Shown here: in pieces, positions 14,132 to 28,574 of the stretch
Position numbering within the stretch: the first letter of the stretch is position 1
How the letters are laid out: every line of letters starts with the position of its first letter
NCBI RefSeq assembly: GCF_006345805.1
Contig: NC_043009.1
Coordinates: forward strand, 54,250,001 to 54,314,000
Length of the DNA: 64,000 bases
Source of the DNA: Octopus sinensis
Lineage: Eukaryota
Reading direction: 5' to 3'
The notes under the pieces: generated by a model
Told to the model about the DNA's origin: nothing
Seen by the model: the letters and a program-made list of their open reading frames with translations, nothing else
Databases searched by the model: none
Translations under genes and position numbers: made by a program

Positions 14132-14912
14132 ATTGAGAATAACAAGGTAGTCAGGAGAAATTCCGATCATATTTATAATTGAGAGACTCTGTCCCACACT
14201 TAAACTTTTTCAAATTGTATTTAAAATCATAACTATAGTTACTTTAAAATCACTCTTTCAAAAACAGCCATACACGGCTAAATCAAAAACAACATCTGGA
14301 ATTTTAATCAGAAATATTTGATCACATCCATACAACTGTTCTCTCCCCCTTACGTTAATGAAAACAACAGAATATTAAAAAATAAAACCCTGAAATGTAA
14401 TTATAATTCTTACTGGTTTTCTAATTAAAATCTTTGACTACTCGAATCCAAAAGTTCCTTTTCCTTCCCACCCAAAAGTTCACTAAGTGGAAAAAACGAC
14501 ATATTGAATAATCATCAAACAAGTCTGACAACAATGATACAACAGCCACGTTTCCTTTACCTCCTCCCTCTCTCTCAAACAATTTTCTTTATTTTCCCTT
14601 CCTTCAGAAACCCCCAAACACACTGCTTCTACTTCCTTATTTCTCTATCTCTTGCTCTCCTGTCCTCTCTCACTCCTGCACCTTTCTTTCTAATTTGTTT
14701 CTGTCTCTCCACCTCTTCTCTCTCTCTCTCTTCCATTCTCTCTCTCCCCTTTTCTGGAACATCATCCGTTTCAATTTTATATAAAAAGGAAAAAAGGCGA
14801 AGCAAACTTGCTGTAAAACTCTTTTTTGATAAATCCGATAACGGAAGAAAGCGCTATTAATGTAAATAAAAATTATATGATCCAATATTCTGACTACCTT
14901 GTTATTCTCAAT
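14132..14912. mobile_element. Element bounded by a 23-bp inverted repeat (attgagaataacaaggtagtcag / ctgactaccttgttattctcaat)
   Basis: Exact reverse-complement match of the two ends. Class is uncertain (inverted Penelope-type termini or MITE). Confidence 0.55.
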
Positions 14913-16865
14913 ATATATATATATATGACGGTTTTCTATCTTCAGTTTGGAAAGATGATATACGTCTGTAGTCATTGGATTCTGACAAGTCGTCTATAAG
15001 GCTAAGCGTTATATGGATGCGAAACCATTAGTCACTCTAGGACCGGCCATATAATTAACTTCCTGTGAATATAGTCAGCGGTCAGACTTTTTTGATTAGG
15101 ATTCAAAATTTTGTTTTTTTCCACTTAGTGACCTAACGTTTAGAGTGTATTTACCTCTAGGATACGTGTGTGTGTGTGTGTGTACGTGTGTGTGTGTGTG
15201 TGTGAGTGTGAACGACAGGTTTCTTCATAATTTATGTCTACTAAATTCACTCACAATCGGAGGAGGGGTGGTCGGCCCGGTGTTATAGCGCAAGACACCT
15301 GTACAATGTAACATCTTATGGGACTTATGCCGAGACAACATGGATGCAAATCGAGTTTCTTCATCGCACAATCATGCCTGTTTCTTCGAGTTTTAAATTC
15401 AAATCTTACCAAGGGGTTCCTATGCTTTTGAGTTCCATAAAAGTGACTATACACTCCAATATCAATTAATGGAGTATCGTCCAGCACAGTGTAATAATCG
15501 ATACCAATAGCAGAATAAGTATTTAATATTACTTGCTACAGTTCCTGTGGTTGCTCAGAATAGAACAGCAAACGATCTAATGGAAATCTTCTTAAGTAGA
15601 TATAACTGCCTCATCAATGGTAGAAAATGGTTTATTTCTAATTTATTTAATGTCATAAATTTGGCAATCTAGATGCAAACTCATTTATATTCATAGATCT
15701 GCACATATCTGCATCTATAGTTTGGTTGCTAAAAAACAGCGTAGAATAATTACAGTGTATGCTGTATGATGTCTGATGAGATTTCCATCGGTTGTTTATT
15801 GCTTTGCTTAATTAAATAAAATTAATGATTTTCAGAAACAATAAATCTCATAGCAATATTTAACAACGAGTTCATAACTCGATACCAGAAAGCAATGTTT
15901 CTTTACTACCACCCAGTAATTCAGACGTAATTTGAAATAAGGTACTAAAGTTAGAAAAAGTTTATATTTCAATATTAACGAAATGCTTTATACCAAATAT
16001 CATGGACTTTTTCAAACTTCTGCTAACCCATTTAACTCATTACGCTTTAGGTTATATGCATTAGTGGATTATTTAGAGGTCTGGATAACAGTCGATTTGA
16101 TTTGGACAGCTCTAAAGTTACACAGTAACATAAACGATAATAAAAACGCAATACTAGGGCTGCTCAAAGTAATGGCTACTTTTAGCCAACACGTATTAAA
16201 ACGCTCGTATATATATACTAATGATGTCAATGTCATTCTTTTAAAAAGTGATTACCAATTTATTTTCATCATTAATCTTTTCCTTCCTTTAGTCATTGAA
16301 CCGCGGCCATGCTGGTGCACCACCTAGAAGTGTTTAGTCAAACAAATCGTTCTTAGTATTTATTTATATGTCTGGTACTTATTCTGTTAACTTCTTTTCC
16401 GAACTACAAAGTTACAGAGTCATAAAGAAATCAAATCAAATTGTTGGGTAACAAACACATATTCAGACATTCAGACCTGGTTGCAAAGCGGCCGATTTCA
16501 CGTCGTTTTGCTACCGTGTGCTTTTGGTGTTTCCTCTTAAAATGTGTGATTATTTTAGTAATAATTATTTCCTAATTACTATTACGTCTACTCTTCATAA
16601 GTTTAGCACCATAGAACTGTGTTTCGGTCAGGCAGAATCGTTAGAGCTTTGGGATATAAACGCCTTACTGAATCATAGCAACGTCATATTTACCTTGCAT
16701 TGGGGTCGACAAAATAGAGTACCAGTCAAATATTGAGGGTAGGAATATCATTATGCCTAAATTATGGGTGGAGGGGATTGTGGTATTGCCTTGTGCCAAA
16801 TCAGTTATTACAGAGAAAACTTACGACTGACGATATTCTTCCTGAAACTATCTATGCCCTCTGCA

Positions 16866-17162
16866 TATCATTTGTGACCGTCACCATGATCAACCACACT
16901 ATCAGATGTTGCTACACATCGCTGGTCACAATGCGCTTCACATTGTTTTAGCCTTCAAAAGAGAGCAGGCCAACAAAAGAAAGAGTGAGAGAAAGTTGTG
17001 GCGAAAGCGTACAGGAGGGATCGCCACCACCTCCTCCCGGAGCCTCGTGGAGCTTTAGGTGTTTTCACTCAACAAACACTCACAACGCCCGGTCTGCGAA
17101 TCGAAACCGCGATCCTACGACCGCGAGTCCGCTGCCTTAACCACTAGGCCATTGCGCCTCCA
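16866..17162 (-). mobile_element. tRNA-derived SINE family C, near full length
   Basis: Head tggaggcgcaaTGGCCTAGTGGttaagg..GGTTTCGATTC carries A-box and B-box motifs. Confidence 0.8.
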
Positions 17163-17741
17163 TGCATAACATAACATTTGCAGGCTGTGTTATATGTTAA
17201 ATTAATTGTTTTAAGAGGTAAGGATGTAATTTGAGGGAGATTTTGCTTCTATTTCTAGATGGTGTAGCAACGACATAGAGGCATCTTAGCTTCTCGTTAT
17301 CATTATTGATCTTGTTCTTGTTCTTGCTTCCGTGCTGCTGCATTGTTTGCTGATGCTGTTGAGAAAATGTATTAGATTGAAATTTGCATAGTCAAACCTC
17401 TACACATATTTGTTTATGTCTGGCCAGTTGCAGTAGTACATTGAACAAATAATATCGGCGAGATATATCACTAAGATTTTTCTAATATATTAATGAGAAT
17501 TTAATATTTTTTTCCCCTTTTCCATTTCACTTGTGTTGAAAGTATTTGTGCGAGTGAATATCTCAACAGATATCATATTTAGGCAAAGTAACTCGTTAGG
17601 GTACATATAAGGATTTCACAAAGCGCGTGAATACTATCTCAGCTACAGCATATTACAAATTTCGAAGAAATGAATATTTATATGTGCACATTTTCGCACA
17701 GTTTACGAAGAAAGAGTAAACATATTATATATATATATATA

Positions 17742-17791
<50 letters not shown>

Positions 17792-17857
17792 GAATATCTC
17801 TCTCTCCTCTCTCTTTCTCTCTCTCTATATATATACACATATGTAAATATGTATAAT

Positions 17858-17889
<32 letters not shown>

Positions 17890-18146
17890 ATATTATGCAT
17901 ATATATATTATATAATATTACATACATATGTACATACACAGACAGATACATATATAATACGCAATATATACAGAGATGTAATGAGTGCGTGTGTGTGTGT
18001 CTGTGTATGGGCATGTGTGAGTATACATATAATATAAAGAGATATAGATGTCAAGAGCCAAATGTTTGCAAGTGTGTAGACGTGTGTGAGAATATATGCA
18101 TGTATAAGTATATCTACACGTATACATGTACATATCTATATGTATG

Positions 18147-18181
<35 letters not shown>

Positions 18182-18278
18182 GCACACACATATACTATGA
18201 AGGTAGATAGGAGGTAGGTATGATCGTATGTATTTACATATATATGTGTATATAGATAGATAGATAGATAGATCGATG

Positions 18279-18384
<106 letters not shown>

Positions 18385-18631
18385 CGATTGTATGTTTTTC
18401 TTATGTATAAGTTATGATTATGTAAATTCATTTTCTGCCCGCAACTTTATAAATATTTCCAGTATTTTGTTTTATTAGTCAACGGAATGATATCATTATT
18501 CAAATAAATTGGTAGTTTTTGAATAATTATTGGCAATCTATAACCATAAAACCATATAATCATACAGACACACATATATTTTTATGTGTACACACGTATA
18601 TATATATATACATATATATATATATAATTAT

Positions 18632-18680
<49 letters not shown>

Positions 18681-19076
18681 TATATACATACGTACGTATA
18701 TTATATATATATATGTATGTATGTATATATGTACAAGCAACAGATATATGGATATAGGATGCGTATGCGTAATGTTTATGGGAGCGCGCATGTGTTTTCG
18801 TACACAAGGGTGATATACTCACACGCAGCATTATTTCGCTAAAAAGGAAATATAAACAGATTTTTTTCAATAAAATTCATTTCAGATGAAATATTACGGA
18901 TTGACGCGATAGCAAACATGCAATCTTGTTCTCCTCTTTCTCTCTCTATTTCTCTCCCTCCCGCTCGCACAATTTTTGATTTTGTATAAATGGCCAAATA
19001 TACATAGTTAAAACGTAGGTACATATACATAGGTGTGAGTATATATTATATATATTATATATATATAATAATATAT

Positions 19077-19124
<48 letters not shown>

Positions 19125-19171
19125 AATGTATGTATGTATTTAAATATATGTGTGTGTATATATAGATATTT

Positions 19172-19238
<67 letters not shown>

Positions 19239-19513
19239 ACATGCACGAGATATCGGAAAACATGTCCTTCTGAAAGCAAACATGGTCGTATGCATCGCAT
19301 AGACGCACATTCACACACATACATATTCAAACATGCCGATATTGGCATATGTGTGCATGTTTGTGTATGCGTGTATGCCTGCGTATATGTATATAGATAT
19401 GATATATGGCGTATGTACATATATGTGTGTGTATGCGGGTGTAGGTGTGCAGGGGGGGGTTGTTTACAGAAAGAGATGGTAAGAAAGACACTTAGACTGG
19501 TAGATATTTATAT

Positions 19514-19559
<46 letters not shown>

Positions 19560-19622
19560 GAATGGCTGAATGGATGTACGGTTGCATGCATGGATGGATT
19601 GATTAACTGATTGATTGATTGC

Positions 19623-19678
<56 letters not shown>

Positions 19679-19807
19679 CTGATTGATATATAGATAGGCA
19701 GTTAGAAAGTATGAAAAAAAAAAAACAACCAAAATAAACAGACACATGCAGCAAATTAGACATAGACTGATAGACAGACCGATGGTAGATAAATAGATAA
19801 TAGATAT

Positions 19808-19868
<61 letters not shown>

Positions 19869-19883
19869 AGATAGATAGATATG

Positions 19884-20170
19884 TTCTTCTTTATTAGCCA
19901 CCAGGGCTGCACACAGATAGAACAAATTACAAGGTAGAGCTTTTCTTTTGAAGGTTTAAAAAAAAAACAAAAAAAAAAAGAAGGGGGGAGTTTCGATCAA
20001 AAGGGATCGTAAAAGGAGAGAAAGAGGACAAAAAAAGGGGGGGTTAAAAAAAAAAAAGGGGGGAGAGGAAAAAAAAATTGATCAATAGGGATCGTTATCA
20101 CAGAAATGTCATATGAAGTGTAAAAGGGAGGACAGGTGAGGTTTACCCGTGGAAAGAAAAGCCTACGGAA
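19884..20170 (-). mobile_element. Retroposon 3' end with purine-run body; its tail resembles the SINE-D tail
   Basis: Minus strand ends ctgtgtgcagccctggtggctaataaagaagaa. Confidence 0.45.
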
Positions 20171-21939
20171 AAGACCAGATAGATAGATAGATAGATAGAT
20201 AGAGACAGACGGACAGACAGGCAAGCAGGCAGATATGCAGACAGACAGACAAGCAGGCAGAGAGAGAGAGAGTAAGAAATTCACGAGTGAGTTTATGTGA
20301 GCATATGTCTGTGTGCCTGAATATATATGGCATATTTACCAATTTAATGTTGCACGAATTCTTAGTTTCTAACTGGTTGTTATGTTAGTATTGCATGATC
20401 AGACATCATCCTATTATTGCCCTCACAGTTGCTTAAACCATCGTATGTTTCTTACTCCATACACGAGCTTTAGAGAGTGACGGAGTCAGAAGAAGAGAAT
20501 GGAAGAAAATGAGAGTTAGAGATCAGCTGGGATATCATTTTGTGGTGGGGAGTAGGTCAGGTCACTCTCCTCTCTTTTCTAAATACGGCTCGCTGATGTA
20601 AGACAGAAGCAAAAGAAATGTATTTTGTTACATAAGATATTGTTGTTCTCATTGTCATTGTAATCTTCTGTTGCTATTCTAATAATTGTTTTCTTCTTTT
20701 CTCTTTCTTTTTCTTCTTCTTTCCCCATTTTCTTCGTTTCTTCTTCTTCAATTTTTCATTTTCTTCTTCCTCTTCTCCTTCTTCTTCTTTTCTTTCGTGT
20801 ACTTTTCTCCTTCTTCTTCTTTTTCTACTACATCCACTACTACTACTGCTGCTACTGTTTTTAGCAATACAACTGAATGCACCACAGCTGCGACCATTCT
20901 GCCAGTTACATTAAGGGTACATTATCCGACAAGTCCTTTTTTTATGACGGAACGGTTGTGATTTGGTTACTACTTCTAGCACATCCCACACCCACACAGA
21001 TGCTTCCTCGTTGGCTCTCATTCTTATTATGCCACTCATGTATGTCACAACACGGTTGGTTGTCCACTGACAGATTATTGTACAGAAACATGATAAAAGC
21101 AGTTCTCTCACTCTCTCCCCCTCTCTATATTTATCTACCTCAATCTTTCTCTGTGTGTGTGTATAAGTGTTTATTGTTTACCTTTAGAACTTGAACCCTC
21201 TCAGGAAATGCCGAATACATAGACTAAACGATATAAATATTATCATTATGTGATCGGAAACACAAAGGCTTCTCGAGAATGGATAGATTGCAGTATTCAA
21301 AATACACAATGACCTAAAATCAATGAAGGTTATTATTATTTTTGTTGTAAATCACAAAATCTATATATTAAATACCTCCTTGATAGGCGTTGCGTTTGGG
21401 GCTTGTATTTATTCGGTGACTGCCTTGATCTGAGATTTCGTGTGGAAAATGAAGCAATTACATAGCGCGAGAGTGATAATAAATATCTATATCTCACACA
21501 TACCATTATAATGACATTTTATTTTTATTTTCTAATGGTATTTTTTGTATTTTGACTTGACAAAGAAATTGATCTGCATCCGGTTGTGAGGCTACAACTC
21601 AGATGAGAAGTTTCAGGGAATATGAAGTTACCTCTAAATCAGCACTACTCCCAGGCTCGCTTGGTCCGGTTGATAATTTGTTGTTAAGGGCCTGAGATCG
21701 GTTGAATTATCAGTTGCTTTGGTAGTTTAGGCATAAAGAAATCGGGGATTGAGTTATACCTAGACATATGTGGCAGAGACCCCTGGTATTGTGTAATACG
21801 TTGCCATTTGAACTGGGGTGTTTTAACCGTCCTGCTTAAGGTTTAAATAGTCCCAGTCCTCAAGGGTACAGTCAGGAGAGCAGAAGACAGAGTAAATTGT
21901 AAAAATGTCGACATGAAACAAAGTGAAACGTCACTGTAA

Positions 21940-22245
21940 GGAAAATCATGAATCTTCACAATTGAACCTGGAGGTTCATAATCGGTGAAGCCTGTATACA
22001 TGGTAACATGAAGCGACAGCAGACAAACAGACCGACAGAGAAAGATTTGTTTTGCTTAGTAAGAAGAGAAGTGACAGACCCATATCAAATTTCGGGAGTC
22101 AGAAGCACGGAACAGACAAAGAGGTACCTACTTTCAGAGCAGAAATCAAATTCAACTATCTGCAAGAGAGCAGATGACATTGAGAATATGCTAGAAACAG
22201 AAAGATATATTAATCTGGGCGACGGATCATGTTCACAAGTCTAAA
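21940..22245 (+). mobile_element. Possible highly degraded RTE endonuclease fragment
   Basis: LHN*TWR and LVRREVTDPYQISGVR weakly resemble the RTE endonuclease start (LxIGTWNV..LxxELxRYxIDI..SEVR). Weak. Confidence 0.25.
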
Positions 22246-22956
22246 ACTGAGACAGTCCTACTAGTAGGCTTCCATAGAATTATTTTTTAATAAATTCCAC
22301 TTATAACTCTTTCGCTAAATCAGTGCTAGGATAGAAGGCAGTTTACCAAGGATTAACAAGTGTAATTGAATGTAGTTACACGACAACCTTCCTTGCAATG
22401 GCTCCGATTGACTAATACAAATAAAGGGCAATAAAACCAGTGCGTGTTTTTATTGTCGTAATGATCATCTCGAAATACAACAAAAACAAGTAGCCCCATC
22501 GTTTTATAGTTGTTTTTATAGTTTTTGTTTACAAGTGTTGCTTTTCTATAGTTGCAAGCGCACATAGATCGCGTACATACATATACACACAAATACATAC
22601 CTACATACACACATACATATATAAAAACATACATACATGCATACATACATATATAATACATACATACATACATACATACATACACGCTGCAGCAGATGTG
22701 ACGGATGTCCATTCTCCACTCATTGTTATATCGCACAATGTTTTGAAACAAATGAATTACTGGAGTGGAAAATTCATTTTTGCGATAAACAATTACGAAA
22801 GTGAGCTATTACCATTTGACAATATCACATTCAGCAGACGCATATATATATGATAATGATAACAATTACAATAAATATTAAAATAATAATAATAATAGTG
22901 ATAATAATGATGATGATGATGATAATGATAAGAATAATAATCATAATAATAATAAT

Positions 22957-22989
<33 letters not shown>

Positions 22990-23431
22990 TGTATGCAAAA
23001 GTTTAATTTTTTTAGTTCATCGGCCTCTGCTCAGCACGGCCGTCACGTAACAGTCCTATTTGTTAGAAGTAAGGCGCCGTATTTATACAGAATACAGAAT
23101 ACTAACGTCCTTTTCCAGCGTTCAATTCCTCGAAGTCCACTGATGTGGAAGACGCTACATGAAGTAGTGGACTTTGTTTCTAGTGTCCTATATAGCTCTA
23201 ATCAACTCCGACCAAGCAAGAGATAAGTACTATATATATCTTATGATTCGTGAATTTTTTTGCGAGATTACAATCATGTTATAAATTTGAACGTCGGAAA
23301 AATGTTGTTAATCTAACCATTATCTTGTTTTAAGATGCACATTTGGCATACGTGAGCCTTTGGAAATCTATTAGGCCCCAATGCTAGGAGTTTATAAGTA
23401 TTTAATATATAGATATATACACACACACACA

Positions 23432-23497
<66 letters not shown>

Positions 23498-23526
23498 ATA
23501 TATATATATATATATATGGTGATGGT

Positions 23527-23862
23527 GACCCCCTTCGGTCAGACACTGACCATGGGTTTGCACCTAGAGAGTTACCCTCTGAGGCACAAATCAGGGCAAG
23601 GTTCTTTTTTTTTATGGAAGACCAGCAGTCGCCCATGCATACCGGCCTCCCCTCTCCACGTCACCGATGTTGTCGAAAGGCAAGGGCCGATACAGCTTGG
23701 CACCTGTGACGTCGCAACTCATTTCTACAGTTGAGTGAACTGGAGCAACGTGAAATAAAGTGTCTTGCTCAAGAACACAACACGCAGCTCGGTCCGGGGA
23801 TTCGAGCTCACAACCTCACGATCGTAAGCTCGACGCTCTAACCACTGAGCCACGCGCCTTCG
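23527..23862 (-). mobile_element. tRNA-derived SINE family B, full length
   Basis: TGGCTCAGTGG A box, gctcgaatcc B-box-like motif, gtgttcttgagcaagacactttatttcacgttgctccagt core. Co-linear with 35795-36125. Confidence 0.9.
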
Positions 23863-23867
23863 CGATA

Positions 23868-24075
<208 letters not shown>

Positions 24076-24303
24076 TATAAGAGTAAATAATAGCTTTAAT
24101 GGTTTTAAAAAAAAAAGCAACAATTATTTACTGGTAGATTTTGGCATTTAAATATAACCACTAACGGTAGGAACTTCTCTAAAAGTTTAATTATTATTTT
24201 GTATATAAATAAAAGAAGCAGGTAACGAGTTGCTTAGCGACATACCGAAAAAATTAGAATTAGCAGTCAAAGACCGTTTATTTCTATTTTCTACAAATAT
24301 ACG

Positions 24304-24420
24304 TATTAGAGGGAAACCACTATGTTTGCTAAATTTTTCTTGAGTATATTTCTAAGTGGTAAGACCATAGCGGATCTATTTCTAACATAAGGGTGTCCAC
24401 ATAGTGGTTTCCCTCTAATA
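24304..24420. mobile_element. Small MITE-like hairpin element with 22-bp inverted ends
   Basis: tattagagggaaaccactatgt / acatagtggtttccctctaata. A diverged relative lies at ~32390-32690. Confidence 0.7.
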
Positions 24421-24568
24421 AGTATATAATAAAATTTTACTGAACCTTCAGTTTTTTTTATATGCTAGACCACTGGCGTGAAATCGATGTTAATTAAATT
24501 AATATCTAATTTCTCACCCTCATTTTAAATTTACATTTATATATACATATAAATATATATATACTTAT

Positions 24569-24770
24569 AGTTAATCAAAATATGAAAACACAACAACGCG
24601 AGGACGTGGAACAAATATAGTATTATTGGACGCTCAGGAAAGAAGGAAAAAAGGAGGGTCTAACGTTTCGAGCGGAGCTCTTCGTCAGAAACATAGGAAA
24701 AGGAAAGATCCAAAAAAGGGAAGACGGAGGAAAAATCGCTAATAGTACACACGCAGTCACATCTTGAATG
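24569..24770 (-). mobile_element. Penelope-type non-autonomous element P1, best-preserved copy
   Basis: Co-linear with the 13635, 59989 and 7400 copies; contains a hammerhead. Confidence 0.8.
24658..24692 (-). ncRNA. Minimal type I hammerhead ribozyme, all core nucleotides present
   Basis: GUUU-CUGACGA-a-GAGC-ucc-GCUC-GAA-ACGU-U^AGAC. Stem I GUUU/AGAC, palindromic ACGU stem III, GUU cleavage triplet. Confidence 0.7.
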
Positions 24771-24775
24771 AATAC

Positions 24776-24806
<31 letters not shown>

Positions 24807-25011
24807 GTAATCAAAATAAGCTATAGAATATCGACAACAGAGTGAAATAAGAGACAATATACAGAGAGAAAATGAAACTACTTGTACATTTTGCGCTCAA
24901 GCATGACGAATGATTAGAAAAAGTGTCAAAGAAGAAATTGAAAGAAAGGGAAATTATAATGTGCTGGTGATCCCAAAGAAGGTACGCTTGCGTATGAGTG
25001 TATGTAAGATA

Positions 25012-25043
<32 letters not shown>

Positions 25044-25473
25044 GTGTGTGTGTGTGCGTATGTGTGTGAATAGGGACTAGTGACTCTGACGTGTGTGAGT
25101 GTGTGCGTCTGTAACATATGTGTGTGTGCGTCTGTAACGTGTGTGTGTGTGTTTTGTGTAGCAGTTGAGGTGTGCTTTTTGACGTGGTGTGTTGTCATGT
25201 ATGTGTTTGTGTCTGTGACCAAACAGTGTGCATGTGTATGGTGTATATATGTGGTCGTACGTTAACGTTGTCTATGCATGGCGCGTGTGTTAATGCGTTT
25301 TGCGTGTGTATGTAGATATAGCCTGTATTTACGTATTATGTGCTTGTGTTGGTGGTGGGTAGTGGTCAGTGCTATTGTGTGTGGTGTGGTGTGGGAAGAT
25401 GGGGGTTGTGGGAGTGGGATGGTATCTATAGACAGATACATACATACATACACACACATACATACACACATAG

Positions 25474-25527
<54 letters not shown>

Positions 25528-26251
25528 CATATATATGTATTTATATCTGCTTGCAAACATGCCTATATATAGTGTCGTTCATGTATACTCATGTCTACGC
25601 ACATACACGCACCTGCTCGCACACGCATATATATTATATCCCATAAAACCATGACTGTATATGTGTAATGTTTCGGTCAGCGCGTGTATGTACTTTCGTG
25701 CTTCATATCTGTACAGAAGTGGTGTGAATGAACGTCCAAATGTTTACAACTAAACGTCAGACTGAGATATTATCATAACAGTGTCCATTAAATATTTATT
25801 TTTCTATGAATTAGTTAAATACGTGTTTTCTTCTTATAGCTATAGTTTCGGTACAGATCTTCTGCGTATTGCTATACCTCGTAGAGACAGCAGATGATCT
25901 TCTTTCCTGAAAACCGTCTCAGCCGTCTTAAGAGCAAAGTGGATATTCTTGTTTTAGGCGCAATATAAGTAACATTTATGATTGGTTGGGCATGGCTGGA
26001 ATGCTTGTACTTCTACATCTGCTCTATCGGATTTGATCTCTAGCTGAACGACGGCAAAAAAACAACATTGTAGATAGATAAAAAAAGAGGGAGAGAGAGT
26101 GAGAGAGAAAGAGACTGACAAAGAGACAGACAGCACACATACTATATGTGTATATATATACATATATATACACACACACACACACATATATATATATACA
26201 TATATATATATATACACATATATATATACATATACATATATATACATTTAC

Positions 26252-26285
<34 letters not shown>

Positions 26286-26306
26286 ACATATGCAATATAT
26301 TCATAT

Positions 26307-26378
<72 letters not shown>

Positions 26379-26932
26379 TATATACATGTCTGTGTCACGC
26401 ACAAAGAGACACATAAACACTCGGACATACATAAGGAACAAACATAGTGCAATACAAAAGTCATAAGCTCATTTAATTTAACCGAGTTTATTTTCAATTA
26501 TGGAGCTGAAGATTCTATTAAAGATTTTATTAAAACTGGAAACAAATAGAAATTGCAGAATCGATACAATTTGAACCTAGACATTTATCGTGACTTCATA
26601 TCGTAAAAATATCCACCGTACAGTTATAACTAGAATACACAGATGTATCCAACACACGACAATAGCTCAATAATAAATACTCGCTTATTTAATAAAATGC
26701 AATAATACAATATCAATAATAATAATTGAGTATCAATTTGTCATTGACAGGAACATAGCAAATAATTGACAAAGTTTTCGTCAATTTATCTCTCCGTCTT
26801 CTATAGATAAATATCTACATTGTTTTATTACATTTATGTCTCTTTTAAAGTAATTGTTTTAGCCTGCAAACATTAATGCGTACACACAGACAGACAGACA
26901 CATGCACATGTAAATACACACACACACACCAC

Positions 26933-26989
<57 letters not shown>

Positions 26990-27294
26990 TATATATGAAT
27001 GAATGAATATATATATATAATGATATATATATATATATATATGTATGTATAAATATGGACAGACAGATATTATCTAAAACACGCTTACATATGTATTAAA
27101 ATGTATACATACATGTGAAAACATAGGAATGTTTATATATATATATATATACTTATATACATATGTGCACACGTACGTTTACCGCTATAGGTACTATGAT
27201 AGGAAAGAGAATAATTTGAGATGCACATAAAAGTACATACCAAAAAATGTCTACACGATCAATAACAACAGCAACATTGCAACAGCAATAACAC

Positions 27295-27306
27295 CAACAA
27301 TACTAA

Positions 27307-27347
<41 letters not shown>

Positions 27348-27383
27348 TTAATGATAATGATGATAATAATAATAATAATAACA

Positions 27384-27430
<47 letters not shown>

Positions 27431-27439
27431 AATAATAAT

Positions 27440-27471
<32 letters not shown>

Positions 27472-27490
27472 ACTATTAATGATAATAATA

Positions 27491-27537
<47 letters not shown>

Positions 27538-27600
27538 TAATAATAATAATAATAATAATAGTAATAATAATAAAGATAATAATAGTAATAGTAATACTAT
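27295..27600. repeat. ~300-bp (AAT)n microsatellite
   Basis: Direct inspection. Confidence 0.95.
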
Positions 27601-28542
27601 CAGGACAGGGGCAAATATGGAAGAAAAAGGAATTATTGATAAGTGATCTACGAAACCTATAGAGTAAACGGTAATTGTAGTGTAACGAATTGATTGTTAT
27701 CGCCCTAATATAAGTTCTTCAGATTTTAGACAGATAAGTGAAAAGCTCAATCTTCATATTTATTGATACAGTCATTATCATTAGTATTATTGTTTTTGTT
27801 GTTGGTGTTTAATATTTATTGATATTCTTATCGTTGTTAATATAAAGAAAAAAAAAGCGATATAACTCCATTATTGGTGATAGTTGTGACTTTGTTTTTA
27901 TTATTATTCTTTGCTGATGAAATAGATGCGATTCCCAAGTAGCTCTTTGAAACAACATGTTTTATAAGATGAAAATATGCGCCATCTTTAAAATAGGATT
28001 ACAGGAGAAAAGCAGCTCCAACAAAATTCTCGCATTCCGATGACTTCCTAAAGTTTGAAATCTTCCACCACAGAAGATGAAAACAAAAAATAAAACATTG
28101 TGTCTTACTATTGACCAATGTTTTAATTAATTTATATTTTATTATATTTCAAAGTCTATGTTTAATTTTGACATGATATATATATATATATATATCTACA
28201 CATATTCAACATCGCACCCACAAAAATAGATGCCGAGAAGGTACAAATATCACATTCCACAGATATAAAATAATCAAACAAAAAATGAGAACAGTATGTT
28301 CAATGTAAAATATGTGAAACCCAGTAAAATAATACCTACCAGAAACTAAATTAATACGATAAAATCAAAGTGATAATAACACGCTAAAAGAAAACACGAC
28401 CCTTTGACGCCGAGCATAAATATAACACGTAAAATCTTTGTGAATACCAGTAACAAGTCCAGCAACGGTACACATGCATGTACTGCATTGGGCGCAAACA
28501 AGAATAGAGAAAAGATGACCTTCGGAAACTCTCATTTAAATG

Positions 28543-28574
28543 AAAGCCTTCAATATTTATATATTGAAGGCTTT
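28543..28574. other. Perfect 14-bp stem hairpin
   Basis: aaagccttcaatat-ttat-atattgaaggcttt. Confidence 0.9.

Noticed and set aside
19980-20065. G-quadruplex from four G-runs
   Set aside because: Loops are long and the runs belong to a repeat tail.
27914-27968. CTGATGA..GAAAC..GTT hammerhead-like string
   Set aside because: Stems I and II do not pair convincingly.
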